Source: Candidatus Falkowbacteria bacterium
Lineage (GTDB): Bacteria; Patescibacteriota; Patescibacteriia; CAIXNZ01
Reading direction: 5' to 3'
Length of the DNA: 64,000 nt
Assembly (NCBI GenBank): GCA_963774955.1
Contig: CAVZGV010000006.1
Location: 223,224 to 287,223, forward strand
Shown here: positions 10,494-18,999 of the stretch, in pieces
How the letters are laid out: every line of letters begins with the position of its first letter
How positions within the stretch are numbered: the first letter of the stretch is position 1
Program-made: the position numbers and the translations under genes
Notes under the pieces: model-generated
Seen by the model: the letters and a program-made list of their open reading frames with translations, nothing else
Told to the model about the DNA's origin: nothing
Database searches by the model: none

Positions 10494-11126
10494 TTATTTG
10501 TCATTATTTACAGGGTTATTCCTATCCTCCGCCCATTTGCCGGGATTGCAGAAAATGTATTCCCGGATACGAGATAATTCATTTTCGTCCCGGATGACAC
10601 GGTCATGGAATGATTTTTGCCATTTGAATTCATCATGCCCAATCCGGTGGATTAATTTTGACGATGTGGTTTTGAACGCGCCAATGATATCAAATAAAGG
10701 TTTAATTTTTACGACTCCCGTTGTTGGTAGGGAACGGTCGCGACCGTTCCCTACGGTGACAATATTTTCAAAAATTAAACCTTTATTTGCGTTCCCTACG
10801 AGATGAATATCCTTACCCAAAATTTTACCATTATCGGCATATCCCGTTTTATCATCATTAAAATTATAATTTATTTCAATAATTACATGGACATGATTGG
10901 GCATAACCACCCATTCATCCACCCGCACATACGCAAAATTATCCTGCAACCATAATAATTGCTGTGTCACAATTCCCCCCAATTCATTCAATCTCATTTC
11001 ATTATCCACAATCTCGCCAAACATGGATTGCCGGCCTTGGGTACAAATAGTAATAAAATAATATCCTGATTGATTATAATCATATCCCGGCCATCTATTT
11101 AATTTTCGATCCGGTCCTTTGTACAT
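10494..11126 (-). mobile_element. REP-associated tyrosine transposase (RAYT, IS200-like Y1)
   Basis: RxxGYDY, YFITICT, VVMPNHVH (HUH), WQKSFHDRVIR, YIxxNP. Confidence 0.9.
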
Positions 11127-11437
11127 GTCTTTTTTATTTTTATATTTTCCCTACCTCCATTTTACCACAAAAACCCATATATATAAATACAAAAAATATC
11201 AGATTTTTCTGTCATTTTTCCAATAATAAAACCTGTAACATCCACACTCTCCCCCTTAGACAAGGGGGAGACACAGAGGGGGTTGAAAAACGTCCCCCAA
11301 ACACAAACCCGCCCCGACTTGCGTCGGGGCGGGTCGCCATTCTATTTCCGCAGCACGCCACCTCACTTCCCCCTCCTTAGACAAGGAGGGGGCTAGGGGG
11401 AGGTTGACCGAATCGCCCCCTCCCCCCGCCCCAAAAC

Positions 11438-11468
11438 AAAACGACCCCGCGAGCGCGGGGCCGTTTTT
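11438..11468 (-). terminator. Intrinsic terminator of the large S-layer-like gene
   Basis: aaaacgaccccgcgagcgcggggccgttttt GC-rich hairpin with flanking A/T runs. Confidence 0.65.
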
Positions 11469-11494
11469 AGAACTGTATTTCAGTGAATCAACGA

Positions 11495-14400
11495 TTAACC
11501 TTTGACTAAAGCATTACCATACAGGTTGCCTCTGAAAATGATAGCACCTGCATCGTATCCGCCTCCATCATAGTTAATGCTCCAGTTCTGGGTATCAGTT
11601 TCATCAAAGTAGACCTGAAGTGTATCACCAGAAGTTGTACATCCAGTGGCATCGCCATAAACATACAATTTCTTGGTTGTGCCCTTAGAAACAACTAGGT
11701 CGTTGGTAGCAAATACAAAGGTATTTACACCATCCGCACCACCAATAACATCTAAGGTAGTACCGCCTTCATCTTTAAGGGTCAGATTGCCAATGCAGGC
11801 TGAACCATCAGATAATTCAATATCCATGGTATCAGTACCAACAATTGGAGCAGCTGTACCATCCCAAGTAATATCATCAGTAGCATCAGCCTGGACATTA
11901 AACACAGCCAACAAAGTAACTAAGCTTGGTACCAAAGCTCCAGATGGAGAAGCAGCATTCAAGCTAAAGTATGGCCTGGAAGCATATGCATCATGAGTAG
12001 CACCAGCTACAACTGCAAGTGCAGGAATAATAGCGCCAGATGATTTACCTGTTGCCTGAATATCACCAGCCAAAGCAGTAGTGACTTGTAATGTATCGGT
12101 GTTAACGACAGTTACGCCGTCAACAGGTGCTACATCAGCCTTAACAGTCAAGGCTACACTACCATTGGCAGGAACAATAACAGTATTGTCAGCCAGTTGG
12201 AAGTTGGCAGTTGCAGCGCCAGCAGCAATAGCAACCGGATCAGCAATTGATCCGCCGTCATCACGCTTGCTTGCATACAAGTACCAGTTTCTAGCAACAA
12301 CGCCAGTACCACCGTCAGTAACAATTACCTGATCAAGATCCTGATTTTCAATATTGTTAGCTGCTAATTTAATAACAGCAACAGTTTGTTTGTCAGAACC
12401 GCTGACCAGAATCTGAGTTACAGGAGATGACGCATCAATGGTGGCAGTTAAAACACCAGCACCAGAGATGGTCATTAATTGACCTGCGCCAGCAATGACT
12501 GATGGAGGCCATGTAACTAAGTTACCAGTAGTTTTACCAGTAGCGTTGGTAGCAGTGAAATTCAAAGTGTGATCATCAACTGGATCAGCCAATGAAGACA
12601 AATCAGCAATAGCTGCAATGTTTACATAAGTACCCTTAGCTACAGTAATGGTTTGGCTTAAAGTAACAGCTGTGGCCTGAACATCAGCAGCACCTAAAGC
12701 AGCTGGGTTGTTTGCAGGCTGAACAGTATTAGAAACCTTAGTTTCATAAGCATCACCACGGCTGGAAGCAGCTGAAGTCAAGTCAGCCCAGATTTCCAAA
12801 TTAGTCAAATCATTTGAGTTGGCTAATTTATCCAAAGCCACGCCATCATCATTAAAGTTATCAGTAAGAGTTACAGCAGAAACTCTGACATCTTCACCTG
12901 AATTGGTAGCGCTTAAAGAAGCAGCTGCCCAGACAAAATCCTGAGAACCTGCAGCTACGTTTCTAGAAGCAGGAATAGTCAAAGTTGTAACATCCAAAGC
13001 GACAGCCAAGACAGTCTGAACATTGCCATTGGCAGCAGCAGTAGAAATAGTTACATTATCTCTGGTTGTTAAACCAGTAGCAACGATATCAGTATTTGGA
13101 GCAGTAATATCAGCTCTTAATGTACCTGCTGCAATAGCAGAACTCAAAACATCAATCTTGAAGGTGTATTTGTTAGTACCGGTTGGCACAATATTGGTTT
13201 CAGTAAAGACTGCGCAAACGCCAATAAAGCCGCAACCACCGGCAGCAACAGTAACACCAACAGTATCATTTCTTAATGCTCTTGGACCGCCAATAACATT
13301 GCCAGCTTCATCAACCAATTTAGCATTGGTCAAATTACCTACAAGCAAACCACCGCCCAAGGTCACAGTAACTAAAACCTGAGTAACCTTAGCTGATTCA
13401 CCGCGGACTTCAAAATCCCAAGTTGTTAAAGCCTGGTCAGAAGCCTGAGTGATATTGCCGGTTGCCGGAGAAGTTGATGATTTGGAAACATTCAAGATAC
13501 CAGCACCAACAGTCTGACCTAATGCGCCAGCCATACCTTGGCCATCCCAACCTGCAAAAATTGCAGGAGTCAGATAAAAGCCATAAGTATTGCCTTTGAC
13601 AACAACTAAAGCGTCAGAACCGTCGGTTGCATCAACGTCAATGACATTGCCTGAACCGCCTAAGACATCAACATAAACCTGGAAAATGTGTTTGCCGCCC
13701 TTAGGAATAACAATGCCTAAACTGCCCCAAGTAGCTCTGGAATTTGCATCCCATGCAGACACAGTACCCAATGTTCTGCTTTCTGTTAAACTATATAATT
13801 CAATATTAGCTGAATCAGAAGTATTAGCAGAACCAGATTCAATCACGCTTAATGATTCAACAGTCAGGTTATCGCTTGAACCGCCGACTGAGATACTGGA
13901 AACATAGAATTCAGAAACTAAAACTCTCTTGTCACCTGCATCTGGTTGGCTATCAACGCCAGCACCCTGAGGGCCGACTTCAGCGCCGCCTAAATCAGCC
14001 AAGACAACTATACTCATATAATTGCCCATGACTGGGAAAGCGCCGGTAACAGTTCCAGCTTCCAAGACAACATCAGTAGCAGCAGAAACGCCCAAAGCAA
14101 CAGTATTGCCTGCAGGAGCACCTGCGCCGATGCTACCTCTTAAGAAATAAGTTACAGAGGTGTTAGCAGGAATTTCTAATGTTGGGATGAAAGTGATCAA
14201 AGCTTTGCTATTTGCGCCTAAACTGCCGACATCGCCGACTGTAGCGCCAATAGAATTGATAACTTTGATATTATTGATATCATCATTTGAGCTTAAACCA
14301 GAACGGGTAATATACATCTGTTTGACTTTAACAGCTGCTGAGCCTGCAGCCAACATGATTTTAGCCATGTTAGCAGAAGCGCCTGCAGCAACTGAAGCAG

Positions 14401-14995
14401 ATGCTGGAGTATCAGATGCTAAAGACACATTCAAAGCACCGCCGGTTGTTGCGCCTGCCAAGCCTTTGTCAACGTTAATTGACTGAGCAGCAGCAGTTGC
14501 AGCAGCTGGATCATAATCAGCAACAGCATTGATTGGAGCGCCGATGGTGTAGTTTACAAAGAAAGCGTCAGAAACGTCAACGATCATTGCTCCCCAGTTT
14601 GCGCCGTATAAAGAAGCAGCAATTGAAGCGGTTGATAACCATCTCAAAGTGCCGTTTGCAGCTACTGCGTAAACTTTTGGATCAGTAGTGATCTTGACTA
14701 ATTTAACGCCCGGTCTGTCGGTTACATTGCCGCCAATTGTAATAGCAGCTAATTCGCCGTCAGTAATGGTTTTAACCATTGAAAAATCAGCATACCAAGT
14801 CTTGTATGTGGTCTCATTTGGGAACACATATCTTTTGCCGTCAGCACCATAGTAATATACTGCCGGTAAAGATGCTTTGATCAAATCGCCAGAGCTGATT
14901 GTAGCAGCTTGTGCGGTTGGAACAAATGCAGCCAAACCTACAGCCCAGAAAATGGTCATCACTACAACACTAACAGTAAAAATTTTCTTAATCAT
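11495..14995 (-). CDS. Probable major S-layer/surface-array protein (1166 aa)
   Basis: Signal peptide (AQA), N-terminal shared module, tandem beta-rich modules, acidic, strongly biased GCT/GTT/ACT codon usage typical of high expression. Confidence 0.75.
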   Translation of the reverse strand: MIKKIFTVSVVVMTIFWAVGLAAFVPTAQAATISSGDLIKASLPAVYYYGADGKRYVFPNETTYKTWYADFSMVKTITDGELAAITIGGNVTDRPGVKLVKITTDPKVYAVAANGTLRWLSTASIAASLYGANWGAMIVDVSDAFFVNYTIGAPINAVADYDPAAATAAAQSINVDKGLAGATTGGALNVSLASDTPASASVAAGASANMAKIMLAAGSAAVKVKQMYITRSGLSSNDDINNIKVINSIGATVGDVGSLGANSKALITFIPTLEIPANTSVTYFLRGSIGAGAPAGNTVALGVSAATDVVLEAGTVTGAFPVMGNYMSIVVLADLGGAEVGPQGAGVDSQPDAGDKRVLVSEFYVSSISVGGSSDNLTVESLSVIESGSANTSDSANIELYSLTESRTLGTVSAWDANSRATWGSLGIVIPKGGKHIFQVYVDVLGGSGNVIDVDATDGSDALVVVKGNTYGFYLTPAIFAGWDGQGMAGALGQTVGAGILNVSKSSTSPATGNITQASDQALTTWDFEVRGESAKVTQVLVTVTLGGGLLVGNLTNAKLVDEAGNVIGGPRALRNDTVGVTVAAGGCGFIGVCAVFTETNIVPTGTNKYTFKIDVLSSAIAAGTLRADITAPNTDIVATGLTTRDNVTISTAAANGNVQTVLAVALDVTTLTIPASRNVAAGSQDFVWAAASLSATNSGEDVRVSAVTLTDNFNDDGVALDKLANSNDLTNLEIWADLTSAASSRGDAYETKVSNTVQPANNPAALGAADVQATAVTLSQTITVAKGTYVNIAAIADLSSLADPVDDHTLNFTATNATGKTTGNLVTWPPSVIAGAGQLMTISGAGVLTATIDASSPVTQILVSGSDKQTVAVIKLAANNIENQDLDQVIVTDGGTGVVARNWYLYASKRDDGGSIADPVAIAAGAATANFQLADNTVIVPANGSVALTVKADVAPVDGVTVVNTDTLQVTTALAGDIQATGKSSGAIIPALAVVAGATHDAYASRPYFSLNAASPSGALVPSLVTLLAVFNVQADATDDITWDGTAAPIVGTDTMDIELSDGSACIGNLTLKDEGGTTLDVIGGADGVNTFVFATNDLVVSKGTTKKLYVYGDATGCTTSGDTLQVYFDETDTQNWSINYDGGGYDAGAIIFRGNLYGNALVKG

Positions 14996-15017
14996 ATTAA
15001 ACTTTTCCTTTCTTAAA

Positions 15018-15345
15018 CTCTTTAACCAATCGCCGGATAAGAAGCTAAGCTGGCCTCACGAGCCCTTAATTTCTATCCCTTTTTAAAAGGAAGATACAAA
15101 GGGGGTTGTGAGGGGGTCGGTTGACCCTTCCTGTTCCCTCAAAAGTCGACTGGGATTTGACCCAAGAAGTCGACCTTTACTTTTGAAAATACAGGTACTT
15201 TATCTCCTTATTTTGCCCGGTTAATCAATCAAAGAGCATTAATTAGCTTGCCATGAACAATAAAGTCCATGTCAACCACATACCCCAAGGCATATGGAAT
15301 GTACCGTAAGGTACAAACTTTGGACTTCGAAGGATTCGAAGATTA
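15018..15345 (-). promoter_or_regulatory. Highly structured putative 5' leader of the S-layer-like gene
   Basis: Nested stems with G-U pairs favouring the minus strand (see findings). Confidence 0.55.
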
Positions 15346-15407
15346 TGTTTAGACCCTAATGGTAAGTTATAAGTTAGAAGGCAAAAGTTAGAAATTAGGA
15401 AGAAATA

Positions 15408-15797
15408 TTATAATTTACTTTTTAACCTTAGAACTCCGGCGGCTAACATTTTGGTTAATTCCTCATTTTCTATTAATAACTTAGAAATTGCCTCTTTTTC
15501 AGCCAATCCTGTATCTCTCAAAAGATTTAGCCAATATATAGATTCATTACCGCTCTTTAATGCTATTTCAAAAAACTTTTTAAATTCCAGCCTCGAACTT
15601 GCCGCTCTCCCCTCTACTAAATTTGCACCAACTGAAGTAGCGGAACGAATTAATTGATCAGTTATTATCCAAGCGCTTTTCTTATTGGGCAATGTGTCAG
15701 TAAGAGCTATTATAGCCAAACTGAATTTATAACATCTATCAATTAAATCACTTTTAAATTTCGGATTGTAATTTTGCATTTTTATTTTTGATTTCAA
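15408..15797 (-). CDS. Four-helix-bundle protein (23S rRNA IVP-like family)
   Basis: DQLIRSATSVGANLVEG, ALKSGNESIYWL; flanked by 7-nt periodic repeats. Confidence 0.9.
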   Translation of the reverse strand: MKSKIKMQNYNPKFKSDLIDRCYKFSLAIIALTDTLPNKKSAWIITDQLIRSATSVGANLVEGRAASSRLEFKKFFEIALKSGNESIYWLNLLRDTGLAEKEAISKLLIENEELTKMLAAGVLRLKSKL

Positions 15798-15871
15798 TTT
15801 TTGCCTTTATACTTTAATTTTTGACTTTTAACTTTTGACTTTTGACTTATTCCCATTTGTCATTCAAACCA

Positions 15872-17212
15872 TTATTCCTTCACCGCCGGAACATCAGCAG
15901 GCTGAACTTCAGCCGGAGCAACCAGGAATTCTTCATTCGCCTTAATCACCTTATCAACCAAGGTCATAATGTCATCTGCTTGTTTGATCATATCAAAAGC
16001 CTGACTAATGGAATTACTGGCCAAAAACTCTCTGGCCTTGGCTAACAGTTTTTCAGCCGCTGCCGGTTTATCTTTTATTTCTTCAATAGTCGGTAAGACT
16101 TCTGCAGGTACAGTTTCCACCGGTTTTACTTCTGGTATAGGCTGTTCGATAACAATATTAGTATTGGTATTAAGATTAGTGTTGGTATTAGCTGGCTTAT
16201 TTTCTTCGGTGGTAACAGTATTAGTCTCAGTCTCAGATTCATTAGCAGCAGCAGCTTCAGCCGCAACAGTTTCCTTGGCCTCCAAAGCTTTAGCGGCGGA
16301 GGCCTCGGCAGCAGCCTTGTCAGCAGCTTCTTTGGCTGCCAAAGCTTTAGCGGCGGCAGCCTTATTGGTAATTACTTTTTCAATATTAGCCTTATCAGTT
16401 TCAATCTTGGTGACTAATTCATCGATCCTGCTGTTCATTTTTTGTTTCAAATCTTGCAGAGCAATTTCTTTATTACCGCCTTCAAATTCCTTGACAATCA
16501 CATCCAAAGCCTTGTCTGCAGTTGATTTGGACGCGGTAATGGCCTTGGCAGTTGCTGTGGCAGTTTCATCATTAGCAGCTACTTCAGGAGTTTTTGTCTG
16601 CTGATCTTTAAGTATATCCACATATTCTTTGGTTTTCTCATCTACTTTATTAGCCAGCTTGGCAGCAGTCTTGCTGTCCGCTTTTTCCAGTTTAGCCAGA
16701 CCGGTTTTGACATTATCCATGCTTTCCTGAAATTTTTTCAAAGAAACCTGAAGATTTTCATTTTTATCAGATTTATCGTTTTCGGTAAGCTTCTGCATTT
16801 CAGTCAGACGTCTGTCAGCAAAGACTATTTCCAAATCAACCTTTTTCTCATCGCTATTGGCCAAACCGACTTGCACTCTTTCAGTGGTCAATTTAAAACC
16901 GTATAAAAGATCACCCGGCAAACTATTTCTGGTGGCGCCTACTGTGGTAATATACGCGCCCAAACCAATGCCGATAATCAAAATCATGGCACCCAAAGGT
17001 TTATAGGCGGAAACCATAAATTGTTTAGCCAGCAAAGCATGCCAGCTGATTTTCTGATTTTTCAAATCAGAAGTCTGGGCTTTTATCTGGCTACACAAAA
17101 TCTCCCGATTGGTCTTTTTCCAGACCAAGTCAGGTTTAATTTCATGCTGTAAATTATTTAATTGTTTTAAGAGATCTTTTTTTTGCATGTATATATATGA
17201 AGATATAAACAT
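15872..17212 (-). CDS. Single-pass membrane DUF5667-type protein, putative anti-sigma factor (start may be 17188)
   Basis: One TM segment followed by NSLPGDLLYGFKLTTERVQ; directly downstream of the ECF sigma factor. Confidence 0.7.
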   Translation of the reverse strand: MFISSYIYMQKKDLLKQLNNLQHEIKPDLVWKKTNREILCSQIKAQTSDLKNQKISWHALLAKQFMVSAYKPLGAMILIIGIGLGAYITTVGATRNSLPGDLLYGFKLTTERVQVGLANSDEKKVDLEIVFADRRLTEMQKLTENDKSDKNENLQVSLKKFQESMDNVKTGLAKLEKADSKTAAKLANKVDEKTKEYVDILKDQQTKTPEVAANDETATATAKAITASKSTADKALDVIVKEFEGGNKEIALQDLKQKMNSRIDELVTKIETDKANIEKVITNKAAAAKALAAKEAADKAAAEASAAKALEAKETVAAEAAAANESETETNTVTTEENKPANTNTNLNTNTNIVIEQPIPEVKPVETVPAEVLPTIEEIKDKPAAAEKLLAKAREFLASNSISQAFDMIKQADDIMTLVDKVIKANEEFLVAPAEVQPADVPAVKE

Positions 17213-17288
17213 CGTACGTATTTCTCCCCCTTACCAAGGGGGAGACCAAGCCTGCCCTCCGAAGCTTCAGCGTAGGAGGGAGGGGGTT

Positions 17289-17852
17289 CTATTCTCCCAT
17301 CAATTCCCTCAAAGCATTCAAAGCTCGAAAAAGTATAACTCTGACTGCTCCGTTTTTCTTCTCTACGATTTCCGCAATCTCATTAATTGATAAACCTTCT
17401 ACAAAGCGCAGGATAATAACTTCTCGATATTCTTCTTTCAGACCCAGAAGTTTGTCCTGGATCTTTTCCAGTTGTATTTTATTGTCCAGATTATCCAGAC
17501 TATTTTGAACCGGTTCTTTATCGAGTAGCAAACTATCACCTCCATTAACCAGATCTTCCAAAGAAACATCTTTCTGGCTGGCCTTGCGATAATAATCAAT
17601 TACCAGGTTGCGGGCGATTTTATAGAACAATGCGTTTAAATTTCTTATCTCTTTACCGTCAATAATATAATGCCAGGTTTTCAAAAACACTTCAGAAGTA
17701 ATATCTTGTGCTTCTTCCTGATTATTTATCTTAAAAAAAACAAAGCGATAAATCCTGTCTATATACAAATCATAAACTTGGCTGTAAGCCTCCGGATCCT
17801 TATTTCTCGCTTTGAATATTAAATATTTTGCTTGGATTGAATTTGGTTTCAT
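17289..17852 (-). CDS. ECF RNA polymerase sigma factor
   Basis: Region 2 (AQDITSEVFLK, LFYKIARNLVIDYYR) and region 4 HTH (EGLSINEIAEI). Confidence 0.92.
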   Translation of the reverse strand: MKPNSIQAKYLIFKARNKDPEAYSQVYDLYIDRIYRFVFFKINNQEEAQDITSEVFLKTWHYIIDGKEIRNLNALFYKIARNLVIDYYRKASQKDVSLEDLVNGGDSLLLDKEPVQNSLDNLDNKIQLEKIQDKLLGLKEEYREVIILRFVEGLSINEIAEIVEKKNGAVRVILFRALNALRELMGE

Positions 17853-17859
17853 TTTATAT

Positions 17860-17885
17860 GACGTCTGAATTAAAAAAATGTTACA
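17860..17885 (-). promoter_or_regulatory. ECF-type autoregulatory promoter
   Basis: Minus strand TGTAAC-N16-CGTC, ending 7 nt before the sigma ATG. Confidence 0.75.
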
Positions 17886-18094
17886 CCTCGGATAACATTT
17901 TTCACTTCAAACCTATTATAGCATGACGACAATTATTGTTCAATATCACTGTTTATCACTATTTACTAAACCAATCTCCCCCTTTTCAAGGGGGAGACAC
18001 AGAGGGGGTTATGCCCGTGCCTTGCGTTATTTAATATTCTGTTGTACACTATTTTTGTCCACACTATCGTAGACAAATGACAACATAGTGATTA

Positions 18095-18556
18095 GTGAAC
18101 GGGTAAAGATGCTGGTTTGGTGAATGGTGATATGTGCATGGTGTTTTTAAACCTTACACCTAACACTTAACACCATACTAACCTCTTTACCTATTCACTA
18201 TTCACCAGTGCATGGTGAATGGGTTAGGATTCTGGTTTAGTGAATGGTGATTTGTGTATAGTGTTTAAATCTTAACACTTAGCACTTAGCTCCTTACTAG
18301 CTTCTTTACCGATTCACTATTCACCAGTGCATGGTGAATGGGTTAGGATGCTGGTTTGGTATATGGTGATTTGTGTAAGGTGTTTTCACCTTATCACCTG
18401 TCACTTAACACCATACTAGCATCTTTACCTATTCACCAGTACATGGTGAATAGGTTTGGATGCTGGTTTTGTGCAAGGTGTATAGTGTATTGTGATCAAA
18501 CCTTAGCACCCAACACTTAACACCATACTAGCCTCTTTACCTTTTCACCTTTCACC
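18095..18556. repeat. Tandem array of four ~119-bp self-complementary units
   Basis: Units start at 18095, 18215, 18334, 18446; each has a G/T-rich half complementary to a C/A-rich half. Confidence 0.9.
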
Positions 18557-18569
18557 TTAATTTAAACAT

Positions 18570-18869
18570 ATGGAACAACCAAACCCCATAAGAATCTCCA
18601 TCTCCGAAGCTGCCCGCCTTTTTGGCGTTGACGCCAAGACTATCCGCCGAGCCATCAAAGCCCAGGATGTGCGCTATATTGTGGTCAGAGGCCGATACCG
18701 GCTCAACCTGGAAAGTCTGATCAAGTGGTCCCAGAAGAAAGTCACGGTCCGCAATAAAAGCGAAAAATACGGTCTGGGCCAGTATGTAGAAAAATGGAAA
18801 ATTAATAATAAACTCTTTTCCCCGAATCCAGGCTCTATCCCAACCAAGTCGGATCCTAACCAGAAGTAA
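18570..18869 (+). CDS. Excisionase/BldC-like helix-turn-helix protein (HTH_17)
   Basis: ISISEAARLFGVDAKTIRRAIK...RGRYRL. Confidence 0.85.
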   Translation: MEQPNPIRISISEAARLFGVDAKTIRRAIKAQDVRYIVVRGRYRLNLESLIKWSQKKVTVRNKSEKYGLGQYVEKWKINNKLFSPNPGSIPTKSDPNQK

Positions 18870-18875
18870 TACACG

Positions 18876-18914
18876 AACGGAGCTAAGCTCCGAAGCGTCG
18901 GAGCTTAGCTCCGT
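18876..18914. repeat. CGGAGCT(A/T)AGCTCCG double palindrome
   Basis: aacggagctaagctccgaagcgtcggagcttagctccgt; second copy at 40712-40749. Confidence 0.75.
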
Positions 18915-18941
18915 CTTTCCCCCACATGACTGTTTAACCCA

Positions 18942-18981
18942 AACAAAAAGTTCCGTACCAAATGGTGCGGAACTTTTTGTT
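18942..18981. terminator. Bidirectional terminator between convergent genes
   Basis: aacaaaaagttccgtaccaaatggtgcggaactttttgtt. Confidence 0.7.
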
Positions 18982-18999
18982 ATCTTATTGAGTTCGAAT

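Noticed and set aside
15018-15345. Structured leader as RNase P RNA, SRP RNA or a known riboswitch
   Set aside because: No GAGGAAAGUCC P4 signature, no SRP domain IV motif and no aptamer consensus that I recognise; kept only as an unnamed structure.
11506-16604. Many antisense and alternative-frame ORFs over the S-layer, DUF5667 and other long genes (also 34948-36452, 46440-47283, 59310-62730)
   Set aside because: Shadows of strongly biased codon usage; no motifs or independent expression signals.
18055-18063. ttgtccaca as a DnaA box marking oriC
   Set aside because: Single imperfect box with no cluster and no dnaA/dnaN in the window.
18095-18556. Repeat array as a CRISPR
   Set aside because: Units are similar along their whole length with no unique spacers, the period is ~119 bp, and no cas genes are present.
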